A stretch of 63,881 nucleotides of DNA, the filler included. It is 4 parts of 4 records of this genome, joined end to end, with 100 filler letters (N's around TTAATTAATTAA, not from the genome) between each part and the next. Parts side by side here need not be neighbours in the genome. Positions count along the whole stretch, not along the records: positions 47,937 to 63,881 come from DRR723986_9349; 3 more parts are not named here. The stretch is one strand, 5' to 3'. Shown here one piece after another: positions 51,086 through 59,963 of the stretch. The notes beneath the pieces are model-generated. The model was not told where the DNA came from and did no database searches. It saw only the letters and a list, made by a program, of their open reading frames with translations. The translations under genes and the position numbers were made by a program. The number at the start of each line of letters is the position of its first letter. Positions within the stretch are counted from its first letter, which is position 1.

Positions 51086-52642
51086 TTACATCGGCCCAAC
51101 TACTTTGACGACACGCTTTTGCCCCTCGCTGTTGACCAGCTCAACCTCTACCTCTCCGAGCATGGAGAGCGTAAACGAGTAAAACCGCTCGGGAGACTCC
51201 ATTGGTGAATTCAAAACCCGCAAGATCGCATCTCCGGGCCGGATCCCTGCTCTCCAGGCGTCGGAACTGGGTTCAACTCGGGTTACGGCGATTTTTGCTT
51301 GAGCGCGATCGCCTCGCAGCCGCCCGCCGAGCAGCTCACCTGGCAAGGCGCTGATGTAGTCGACAGTAATTCCTCGCCATGGTTGCGGCGCTGCCGAAGC
51401 ATAGGAGTTGTCGTCCGCCCCGGCCGGCCGTTTACCTAGCTTCACGCGGAGCGGTTTCCCCTCCCCGGGCCGTCCGCGTTTCTCAATGAAGAGAATGACA
51501 TCCTCGTTCGCACCCGCTCGACTGAGCTCACGAAACAAATCGTCGCGCCCAGAAATTGGTGCAGCGTTCACTTGAGTGATAATGTCCAGCGGCCGGACTC
51601 CAGCTCGGTGCCCTGGCAGCCCTTCAATGACAGTCTGCACTAGAATGCCGTCGTGGCCGAGCTCCTTGTCAAAGGCAAGCAAGTCGGTCGGTTGTATCCC
51701 CAAGAAACCGAATTCGGGCAATCGCCCCAATCTCATTCGCTGGACCATGCGTTGGAAGGTTGCATCGGCGGGGATCGCCAACCCTGCTGCTTTCTCCGCA
51801 CCAGGCTTTTCAACCAGAGCTGTCATCAATGCGACGAGCCGCCCCTGCGTATCAAACACCGCACCACCGCTTGTACTCAGAACGCCTCTATCGTCTACCT
51901 GCTCACTGGGTTTTGGAGCCCTAACGGCCTTAGCGCCTACGACGTCCACCTGCAGAAGTGTGCCATATCCGTGCATCGTTGATGGCTGGAGCGGGATTGG
52001 GCCCTGGCTTTCCTCAGGCGCACGCCGTTTCAAACCACTAATTACGCCCCAGACTGCCGTCGCCGCACCGTCTTGGACGATCGCATCGGTGCCGCCGACA
52101 ACGCCAACCACATCACCTCGTTTGAGCCCTTCAACATCTCCATACTCGACTGCCTGAACACCTGACAGCTCCGCCTTGAGCACGGCTAGGTCGCTGAAAG
52201 CATCAGATGCCATCACAACTGCGGGCACGGTTCGCGAACTGGACACGCCAGTGCCGCCCGCGTCTTCAACGACCTGCGTCTGGAAAACAGTCTTATCAAG
52301 GCACACGAAATAATCGTACTTGCGCGGATTTCCAAGGACGTGCGCACAAGTCACAATCGTGCCATCGGATGCGACGATAATACCGGCCCCAACGAACGTC
52401 GAAACAACTTGGCCAGTCGCGGCTCCGTTGTCGGCGAGCCGCGAAAGAACGGAACGAGGAGCTCGCTGCTTTTCAACTCGGGCGATGGCAACCATATTCT
52501 GCGTCTGAGCGCGCAACGACACTGCCGCATCGGAGCCCGCTTGACCATAAAGCAGGCTGGGACACAAAACTGTGACAATAAAGCAAAACAGCCGACCTGT
52601 AGAAACAAGCCGGCTGCGTATCAACTCAGAGTGCTGCTGCAC
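51086..52642 (-). CDS. Trypsin-like serine protease with two PDZ domains (HtrA-like)
   Basis: TCAHV, SDLAVLK, STSGG, GFLGI and two PDZ-like segments. Confidence 0.85.
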   Translation of the reverse strand: MQQHSELIRSRLVSTGRLFCFIVTVLCPSLLYGQAGSDAAVSLRAQTQNMVAIARVEKQRAPRSVLSRLADNGAATGQVVSTFVGAGIIVASDGTIVTCAHVLGNPRKYDYFVCLDKTVFQTQVVEDAGGTGVSSSRTVPAVVMASDAFSDLAVLKAELSGVQAVEYGDVEGLKRGDVVGVVGGTDAIVQDGAATAVWGVISGLKRRAPEESQGPIPLQPSTMHGYGTLLQVDVVGAKAVRAPKPSEQVDDRGVLSTSGGAVFDTQGRLVALMTALVEKPGAEKAAGLAIPADATFQRMVQRMRLGRLPEFGFLGIQPTDLLAFDKELGHDGILVQTVIEGLPGHRAGVRPLDIITQVNAAPISGRDDLFRELSRAGANEDVILFIEKRGRPGEGKPLRVKLGKRPAGADDNSYASAAPQPWRGITVDYISALPGELLGGRLRGDRAQAKIAVTRVEPSSDAWRAGIRPGDAILRVLNSPMESPERFYSFTLSMLGEVEVELVNSEGQKRVVKVVGPM

Positions 52643-52643
52643 G

Positions 52644-53795
52644 TTAGCCCTTCGCTGCTACCTCTTCGGTATCCTCTGATTCGGTCGACTCAGTCGCCTC
52701 GACGGAAGCCTGCCCCTCTGGACCAGCGTAACCACCGGCACTCATCACAAGGTCGCGAATCTCTTCGCAGACGTCAGGATTCTCAAGCAGATAAGCTCGA
52801 GCCTTCTCCTTGCCCTGGCCCAGATAGGCATCGTTGTACTTAAACCACGCACCACTCCGCTGCACCACTTTGTGCGTCACACCCAAGTCAAGCAAGTCAC
52901 CTTCGTAGCTGATGCCTGAATTGTGCATCATGTCGAACTCCGCCAAACGAAACGGCGGCGCGACCTTATTTTTCACGATCTTGCATCGAACACGCTGACC
53001 GACCACTTCTTCGCCGTCCTTCAGTGCACCGATCCGGCGTACATCAATTCGACATGACGAATAGAACTTCAGTGCTCGACCACCGGGTGTAGTTTCGGGC
53101 GAACCAAACATCACACCAACCTTCTCCCTAATTTGGTTGATGAAGATGACAACAGTCTTGCTCTTGGCGATCGCCCCGGTCAACTTCCGAAGACTTTGGC
53201 TCATCAATCGAGCTTGCAAACCAACGTGGCTTTGCCCAATCTCTCCCTCTAGTTCTTGTCTAGGCACAAGAGCCGCAACGGAGTCAACGACGATGACGTC
53301 GACCGCGTTACTTTTCACCAGGTGCTCGGTAATCTGCATCGCTTCTTCACCAGAGCTGGGCTGGGAGACAAGCAGAGTATCCAACTCAACGCCCAGCTTC
53401 TTACCCCAACTTGGGTCAAACGCATGCTCGGCGTCAATAATCGACGCGATGCCGCCCGCCTTCTGAGCCTCAGCGCAGATGTGCAAAGCAAGCGTTGTTT
53501 TACCGCTGGATTCCGGACCATACACCTCAATGATCCGCCCTCGCGGAACGCCCATTCCTCCAAGAGCCATATCGAGCGAGAGGCTCCCAGTCGCGACTCC
53601 CTTGATCTTCAACAGCCCCTCGCCACCGAGAGGCATGATTGAGCCCTCGCCGAATTGCTTTTCGATCTGCTCAAGTGTCGTCTTCAGGCCTGGCTCGCGC
53701 TTATAGACCGCTTCCATTCCAGCAGGTCCATTTGCCTTGGATTTCTTCGAGCTCGTGCTTTTCTTTGCCATTCTCGTTCTCGTCGCTGCGACCAT
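52644..53795 (-). CDS. recA: Recombinase RecA
   Basis: [26 protein letters not shown] and KNKVAPPF motifs. Confidence 0.98.
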   Translation of the reverse strand: MVAATRTRMAKKSTSSKKSKANGPAGMEAVYKREPGLKTTLEQIEKQFGEGSIMPLGGEGLLKIKGVATGSLSLDMALGGMGVPRGRIIEVYGPESSGKTTLALHICAEAQKAGGIASIIDAEHAFDPSWGKKLGVELDTLLVSQPSSGEEAMQITEHLVKSNAVDVIVVDSVAALVPRQELEGEIGQSHVGLQARLMSQSLRKLTGAIAKSKTVVIFINQIREKVGVMFGSPETTPGGRALKFYSSCRIDVRRIGALKDGEEVVGQRVRCKIVKNKVAPPFRLAEFDMMHNSGISYEGDLLDLGVTHKVVQRSGAWFKYNDAYLGQGKEKARAYLLENPDVCEEIRDLVMSAGGYAGPEGQASVEATESTESEDTEEVAAKG

Positions 53796-54161
53796 ATTAG
53801 TTCACCTTCTCATTGAGCCATTCTTGCCATCAACTCGTCAACGCTGAACTAGCAGCATTGATTAGCAAAGTCAGGAACGCCCAGAGGCAATTGATCCTAA
53901 CGTTTCAGTACCCCCGAAGCAACAACCTGCAACAAACCAAGACGAGTGGGTCGGACACCACCACACTCGCATTTGGTTCGACGCAGCGGAGTCGCCACAG
54001 AGTCCACCAGCTTGCTATGAATGAGTATCGAGTGGGCTTCGACACGTATGGTCAAAGAGAAATGAGACCGCCGAAAAACCGCAGAAATAAAGGACGATTC
54101 GCGGTGAACGCCACCGCCGGAGCTCGTAATTCGCTTGGCGGCGCTTGATTTACGGTGCGCG

Positions 54162-54303
54162 GTAGGCAAACTCCGCGTGTCGTAGCGGTCGAAAAGCGGG
54201 ACTTTTCAGGGTTGGGGACGGCACACGGAGTGTGCCTACTACTTTTGGGGAGGCTGTGCTGGGCACTCGGACGGCACACGGAGTGTGCGTGCTGCTTTTG
54301 GGG
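54162..54303. repeat. GTAG-type REP cluster (one forward degenerate copy, two reverse copies)
   Basis: GTAGGCAAACTCCGCGTGTCGT (54162-54183); GGACGGCACACGGAGTGTGC..TTTTGGGG at 54216-54250 and 54269-54303. Confidence 0.8.
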
Positions 54304-54325
54304 CTGCTACTGTGTTTTGCGCAGC

Positions 54326-54355
54326 AAAAAAGCAGCAGATGTAAACCTGCTGCTT
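54326..54355 (-). terminator. Intrinsic terminator after rpsP
   Basis: Minus strand reads AAGCAGCAG-loop-CTGCTGCTTTTTT. Confidence 0.85.
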
Positions 54356-54387
54356 CTTCGATTGATAAGATTCTGTCGCTGCGAAAC

Positions 54388-54789
54388 CTAGGATTCGCTT
54401 GCTTCAGCCGCAGGAGCTTCGGCGGCTGGTGCTGCCTCTTCGGTAGCGGCGGCAGGCGCTGCGGCTACTGGAGCTGGCGAACGACGACGGCGACGAGCCT
54501 TCAATTGCTCGAGCGCGGCCTCTTGGCTTTCAAGGTGCGTTCCATCCGTTCCGTACTTCTTGATCAGAACGCCAACCTTTTCACTTGGCTGAGCACCAAC
54601 GCCGAGCCAGTAATCGATTCGCTCACGCTTCAAAACCGCTCGAGCGTCCGTATCTGGAACCATTGGGTCGTAGTAACCCAGCTCTTCGATAACTTTACCA
54701 TCACGCGGTGCACGTGAATCTACCGCACAGACTCGGAAAAATGGACGAGCCTTTCTGCCCATCTTCTTCAAGCGAATTCGAACTGCCAC
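54388..54789 (-). CDS. rpsP: 30S ribosomal protein S16 with Ala/Glu-rich tail
   Basis: AVRIRLKKMGRK, DSRAPRDG, LGYYDP and GAQPSE motifs; GGAG RBS with GTG start. Confidence 0.96.
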   Translation of the reverse strand: MAVRIRLKKMGRKARPFFRVCAVDSRAPRDGKVIEELGYYDPMVPDTDARAVLKRERIDYWLGVGAQPSEKVGVLIKKYGTDGTHLESQEAALEQLKARRRRRSPAPVAAAPAAATEEAAPAAEAPAAEASES

Positions 54790-54989
54790 AAACTTGCTCC
54801 TAGACTCTCCACCGTCGCTTTCGAGCGTCGGCACTGATCAACTGTATATTTCTAAGTCCGCCCGGCGGTATCGCAGACGGTCATCCATTTTTCTTTGGAA
54901 GCCCGCTATTCTTTCATGGATTCCAAACAACGCAACTGCAGATTTCAGTTTCTTGCCTGCTAGGCATCGCAGAAGGCCATCATTTGACT

Positions 54990-56465
54990 CTATTTCTTCT
55001 TGCGTTTTTGCTTCCGACGCAGTTTATCTCGCTCGCGCTGGAGCTTGGCCTTTTCCTTCGGCGAAAGCCGCTTACCAGTGGTTTTCTTGGTCTTCATCCC
55101 CATCGCGGGGTCTCCGCCGGCCATCATGGTGCTTTGCATTTGCTGCATCATCGCCATCCGGTCCTTCATGCCACCCCCAGCAGCCATCTGCATGATCGGC
55201 GCCATCATCGAAAATTGCTTGATCAGACCGTTGACCGCTGACGGAGCTACGCCTGCACCTTTGGAGATTCGATTTCGACGTAAAGTGTCAATAATTTTAG
55301 GGTTACGTCGTTCATCGGGCGTCATCGAGTCGATCATGCCGAGCATTTTTCGCATCTCGCCATCGGTGTCTTCGCCCTCGATCATCTTCTTCATGTCGCC
55401 CATGCCAGGCATCAGGCCCATCATCTTTTGCATCAAGCCAGGCTTAGCGATCTTCTGCAGGACTCCGCGGAAATCCTCCAACGTAAACTGGCCAGAAGCC
55501 ATTCGCGCTTCAAGCTCTTCACGTTCCTTGTCATCGATGATTCGATGAGCTTCCTGGGCGACGGCGACAATATCGCCCATCTCCAGAATTCGTCCCGCCA
55601 TGCCTTCCGGCCGAAACGGCTCGAGGGCGTCCATGTGCTCACCGGTACCGATGAATTTAATCGGCACCTGCGTCACGGCCTTAACGCTCAGCAACGCACC
55701 ACCGCGAGCGTCGCCGTCGAGCTTGGTCATGATCGCACCATCAAGCTCAAGCGCTTCGTTAAACGCGGCGGCACTGTTGACGGCATCCTGCCCCGTCATT
55801 CCGTCAACGACCAAGTAAACCTGATCGGGTCCTACCTTTTTGTCGATCATCGAAAGCTGGTTCATCAGCTCTTCGTCGATCGCCAGGCGACCAGCGGTAT
55901 CGAGGATTACGACATTGGCCCCTTGAGCCTTTGCCTGCGCGACGCCTTCCTTGCAGACTCTGACCGGGTCCTTCTGTTCCAAATCCGCGTAGACAGGCAC
56001 ATCAAGCTGATTGCCAAGCGTCTTGAGCTGCTCAATGGCCGCAGGACGCTGAAGGTCGGCCGCGACCAGGAACGGCGCAGCCTTCTGCTCCTTCAGCAGT
56101 TGCGCTAGCTTCCCGCAAGTCGTCGTCTTACCTGACCCCTGAAGACCGCACATCATCAGGATGGTGACAGCGTCCTTCTTGACGGGAATGGATACATCCA
56201 CCGGTCCGAGGATGTCGATCAACTGCTCATGAACGATCCGCACCAACTCCTCGTGCGGCTTAAGCGACAAAAGTACTCGCTGGCCCAGGGCCCGTTCGGA
56301 CACTTGGCCCATGAAATCCTGGACAACCTGGTAACTGACATCCGCCTCCAGCATGGCCTGCTCGACCATCTGAAGACCTTCACGCATGTTTGCTTCGGTC
56401 AGTTTTCCTTTACCGCGGATCGATTTGAACGCGGACTGTAGACCTTCGGAGAGCGAATCGAACAT
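54990..56465 (-). CDS. ffh: Signal recognition particle protein
   Basis: GLQGSGKTT, DTAGR, TKLDGDARGG and a Met-rich M domain. Confidence 0.97.
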   Translation of the reverse strand: MFDSLSEGLQSAFKSIRGKGKLTEANMREGLQMVEQAMLEADVSYQVVQDFMGQVSERALGQRVLLSLKPHEELVRIVHEQLIDILGPVDVSIPVKKDAVTILMMCGLQGSGKTTTCGKLAQLLKEQKAAPFLVAADLQRPAAIEQLKTLGNQLDVPVYADLEQKDPVRVCKEGVAQAKAQGANVVILDTAGRLAIDEELMNQLSMIDKKVGPDQVYLVVDGMTGQDAVNSAAAFNEALELDGAIMTKLDGDARGGALLSVKAVTQVPIKFIGTGEHMDALEPFRPEGMAGRILEMGDIVAVAQEAHRIIDDKEREELEARMASGQFTLEDFRGVLQKIAKPGLMQKMMGLMPGMGDMKKMIEGEDTDGEMRKMLGMIDSMTPDERRNPKIIDTLRRNRISKGAGVAPSAVNGLIKQFSMMAPIMQMAAGGGMKDRMAMMQQMQSTMMAGGDPAMGMKTKKTTGKRLSPKEKAKLQRERDKLRRKQKRKKK

Positions 56466-56919
56466 GGCTGCTTCTATTACTTCATATCTGGTGACTTGCT
56501 AGCAGCAGGATTGCACCAGGCTAGCATCCACTCTGGTCCCAAGTTTCCGGATAACTCGAGTCGAGCGTTTGAGGACGTCAGGCTTCGCGCGGACATCCTG
56601 CCAGCCTGGCCATTGGACCGCCTCAGGCAAAGCAGGCATGAAAAACTGCCGCGAAGCCCACAATTCTAGTGCTCAGAAGCCAAACGTATAGCTGTACCGC
56701 AACAATTCGAGGGCCAACCGCCAGCCCACTGACTACTTTCGAACGAAAACCGGCTCGACCGCATCCTAACCAATTGATAACAATTCGCCCCCTCGTCGAA
56801 ACGCATCCCCAAATTACACTTAGGCGAATTAGGCAAACTGCTCAGGAGCACTGCTCAGGAACACTGTGCCTGAACCGCCGAGCCCCCCCCAACACCCCCT
56901 GCCTTGCCGAAAGCCTCCC

Positions 56920-58602
56920 ATGCCTAAGCAAATCGAGTCGATTACCCAGCAGAAATTGGCCAAACGAACTCGCCCTGGCAAGCTCGCCAAGCGGCTGGCC
57001 CTTGGGCTGCTTACCACCGGGATCATCACATCACAGCTATTTAGTCGCCCGCAAACCTGCTCTGCTCAGGACCCAATCGCGAAACTGCAATCGGACGCAA
57101 TTGAGCAAGGCAAAGCCGAGTTTGGCCACTGGGGGCCCAAAGCCGACAAATATTCGAGCTGGACAACCCACTCCAACCGACTGATTCCTGCCTACATTTT
57201 CGGCGGCAATTTTGACAGCGTTGCTGGCGAGAACAGCGTCTACCGTAGTGCCGAGAAGCTGGAAAACCTCTACGGACGCACACCAACCAAAACGCTCAAC
57301 GAACGAGCCGATTACTTTGACCAGACGGACATCTACCGCCTGCAGAAGAACGCAGCCGACAACGGCAAGAAACGCATCATCTTGTTCGTTTTCGACGGGA
57401 TGGATTGGCAAACCACACGAGCTGCGGCGATAGCCAAATCGGGCAAGGTTGCATATGACTCTGGAAGAGGCACAGGGCTTGCGTTTCAGGACTACGACGG
57501 AACGGAAACCGACTACGGCTACTTTGTCTCCAGTCCGCATAACAACGGAACCAGCGTGGACGTCAACACGCAAACGGTGAAGACGCCCGGCGGCAAGACG
57601 CCCGGCGGCTACGACATCAATCGTGGTGGCGACAAACCGTGGTCTGACTTTCCTAACAAGCAGTATCCAATTGCCATCGGCGACGAAGCACACGCCTACA
57701 CCGACTCTGCCTCCAGCGCGACCAGCATGACTGCTGGCATCAAGACATATAACAACGCAATCAACCGCGACTTTACTGGCCGAGAAGTCTTACCACTTGG
57801 CCGAACGCTACAAGAACAGGGCTTCTCCGTCGGAATCGTAACGAGCGTCCCGGTATCTCATGCGACACCGGCATGCGGCTACGCGAGCAACGTTCACCGA
57901 AGCGACTACCAAGACATTACCCGCGACCTGCTTGGCCTGCCCTCGATCAGTCACCCCGGCGGCTTGCCAGGCGTCGACGTGCTTCTGGGTGCAGGGTTTG
58001 GTGAAGTCAAGGAGAAGGACGGAGCCCAGGGCAAGAACTTCGAACCAGGGAACAAATACCTTGCTCCGAGCGACTTGAAGAAGTTGGCCTCGGGCGACAA
58101 GTACGTTGTCGCTCAGCGAACTAGCGGGACACCAGGCGTCAAAGCGCTCCGTGACGCAAGCCATGCCGCCATGAATGGCCAAAAGAAGCTGTTCGGGTTC
58201 TTCGGTGTAAAAGGCGGCCACCTTCCCTATCAAACCGCCAACGGCGACTACAAACCAGTGAAGAGTGTCGGCAACCCCACCAGTGCCGCTGCAGAGGTGT
58301 ATACAAAGGCAGATGTTAGCGAAAACCCAACCCTTAGCGAAATGGCCGTTGCCGCCCTTGAAACGCTCGACAGTCGCGGCAAACCATTCTGGCTGATGGT
58401 CGAAGCTGGTGACGTCGACTGGGCCAATCATTCAAACAACATCGACAACTCAATCGGTGCCTTGCTGAGCGGCGAAATGGCGTTTCAACAAACAATAGAT
58501 TGGATCGAAACAAACGGCGGCTGGGATGAAACGGTCGTTATCCTGACCGCCGATCACGGCCACTACCTAGTACTGGACAACCCGCAAAAACTAGCCAACT
58601 AA
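56920..58602 (+). CDS. Alkaline phosphatase (PhoA family), apparently circularly permuted
   Basis: IILFVFDGM, TDSAS, HATPA, VEAGDVDWANH, TADHGH; the normally C-terminal motifs HSN.LIP.Y and DQTDIY are N-terminal. Confidence 0.88.
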   Translation: MPKQIESITQQKLAKRTRPGKLAKRLALGLLTTGIITSQLFSRPQTCSAQDPIAKLQSDAIEQGKAEFGHWGPKADKYSSWTTHSNRLIPAYIFGGNFDSVAGENSVYRSAEKLENLYGRTPTKTLNERADYFDQTDIYRLQKNAADNGKKRIILFVFDGMDWQTTRAAAIAKSGKVAYDSGRGTGLAFQDYDGTETDYGYFVSSPHNNGTSVDVNTQTVKTPGGKTPGGYDINRGGDKPWSDFPNKQYPIAIGDEAHAYTDSASSATSMTAGIKTYNNAINRDFTGREVLPLGRTLQEQGFSVGIVTSVPVSHATPACGYASNVHRSDYQDITRDLLGLPSISHPGGLPGVDVLLGAGFGEVKEKDGAQGKNFEPGNKYLAPSDLKKLASGDKYVVAQRTSGTPGVKALRDASHAAMNGQKKLFGFFGVKGGHLPYQTANGDYKPVKSVGNPTSAAAEVYTKADVSENPTLSEMAVAALETLDSRGKPFWLMVEAGDVDWANHSNNIDNSIGALLSGEMAFQQTIDWIETNGGWDETVVILTADHGHYLVLDNPQKLAN

Positions 58603-58645
58603 GAACAAGTGACCTGCATCGCACACATGTTGGCGACACAGAACG

Positions 58646-59002
58646 CTACATCTGCGCTACTACTGCGAAGAACCCGCCGAGAATTGCCAACAGGATTACG
58701 ATGCCTAGCCAAGAAGGTATACCACCTTTCTTGGATTCTGAATTCTTGGGCGCTGACATACCTGAGACAGCCAGTCCAACCAGAGTGATTGCGATTCCGA
58801 CGCCCATCACATACAAGCTAGGCAATCGACTGCCCGGCGTATTCGGCGGCAGACTCGACAGCAACCAAAACGCAACCGCACCGTAACCAAGCACCACGAG
58901 CCCCAGGCCAAGCACAACTCGGCCCGCAATCCGCAGACCGGAATTCCCTGGCGGCAGACCAGCGGAAGAATCTTGTGGCTCGAATGGATTGGATTGGTTC
59001 AT
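58646..59002 (-). CDS. Small three-TM membrane protein
   Basis: N-terminal NPF motif common in planctomycete membrane proteins; three hydrophobic helices. Confidence 0.7.
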   Translation of the reverse strand: MNQSNPFEPQDSSAGLPPGNSGLRIAGRVVLGLGLVVLGYGAVAFWLLSSLPPNTPGSRLPSLYVMGVGIAITLVGLAVSGMSAPKNSESKKGGIPSWLGIVILLAILGGFFAVVAQM

Positions 59003-59083
59003 CTCGGTTGCTGGTTCAATGTGCGTTTGGAATTACATCTACCATGAGCGACCGCGCGTGCAGCTCTCGGCTACACGAGTGCG

Positions 59084-59431
59084 TCAGATCGCTTCAGGGC
59101 CTCTTTCACCGGTTCGAATACGAACACACTCATCCATCGGCAAAACGAAAATCTTCCCGTCGCCGATCTGCCCCTTTTCACCAGTTTTGGCCGCACCGAG
59201 TACCGCCGATACGGTAGGTTCAACGAACTCGTCGTTGACTGCAATCTGCAATTGCACTTTGCGCAGTAAATTGATGCTTGACTCCGGTGCACGTCGGCTC
59301 GACAGTTGGCCTTTTTGTCGCCCAAATCCCTGGCAGTCAATTACCGTCAATCGAAAGACTTCAACTTCCGTAAGGGCCTCTTTTACAGCTTCCAAACAAT
59401 TCGGCTGTATGATCGCAATGATGAGTTTCAC
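59084..59431 (-). CDS. glnK: P-II nitrogen regulatory protein (GlnB/GlnK family)
   Basis: KLIIAIIQP, GFGRQKG, TGE.G.IGDGKIFV and RIRTGERG motifs; GTG start; downstream of amtB. Confidence 0.9.
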   Translation of the reverse strand: MKLIIAIIQPNCLEAVKEALTEVEVFRLTVIDCQGFGRQKGQLSSRRAPESSINLLRKVQLQIAVNDEFVEPTVSAVLGAAKTGEKGQIGDGKIFVLPMDECVRIRTGERGPEAI

Positions 59432-59478
59432 TTTGTTTCGTCCAAACCGTCTTCGTCCACGAACCGCCTGACTAGTTC

Positions 59479-59495
59479 GGCAAAAATGATGCCTG
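59479..59495 (-). promoter_or_regulatory. Sigma54 (-24/-12) promoter for the P-II gene
   Basis: Minus strand reads CAGGCAT-CATTT-TTGCC, with exact GG-N10-GC spacing. Confidence 0.65.
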
Positions 59496-59863
59496 TCTCG
59501 CGTGCACGTTGTGGAGCACGCTGGTTTGCCGAACACTTTCTCGGGCAGCCAAACTACTCTAGTTCGTTCGATCTGTCATCTGCCGGATCAAAGTTCGCTT
59601 TGTGAAAGCACCGCCAGCGGAGCAAATGGGCGGCAGTTTCGCGAAGCCAACAGCGTAAACATAGATGCCAAGCTTCAGTTGGCATTAAGAAAAAATACCC
59701 CGGCCCGGACGCGTGAGGCGGACACTCGTCGCGAGCCATGTGGGGTACCTTCAGGCCCAGGCATGAGCCGAAGCCTCTCAAGGACGTTGTTCCGCGGACT
59801 TCACTGTTCAGGAGTGCGTGTTAAAGAACACCGGGCGATTGAGAACAGTGAACCGCCGTGCGG

Positions 59864-59911
59864 AAAAAGCAACCTGAGAGGGAGTGACCTTGCGGCCGGC
59901 TCCCTCTCGGG
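59864..59911 (-). terminator. Terminator-like hairpin after amtB
   Basis: Minus strand reads CCCGAGAGGGAG..CTCCCTCTCAGG followed by TTGCTTTTT. Confidence 0.65.
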
Positions 59912-59963
59912 CACTTTGGGTAGTTTCAATCAGACGGCTGTACAACCACCTGAATCGTCTTTC

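Noticed and set aside
54216-54303. Mini CRISPR array
   Set aside because: Only two direct copies with an 18-bp gap plus an inverted copy, and no cas genes; fits REP elements better
55000-56108. Antisense ORFs over ffh (similar ones over recA, alaS, the RND gene and the PVC protein)
   Set aside because: Expected shadow ORFs opposite conserved genes in GC-rich DNA; no motifs
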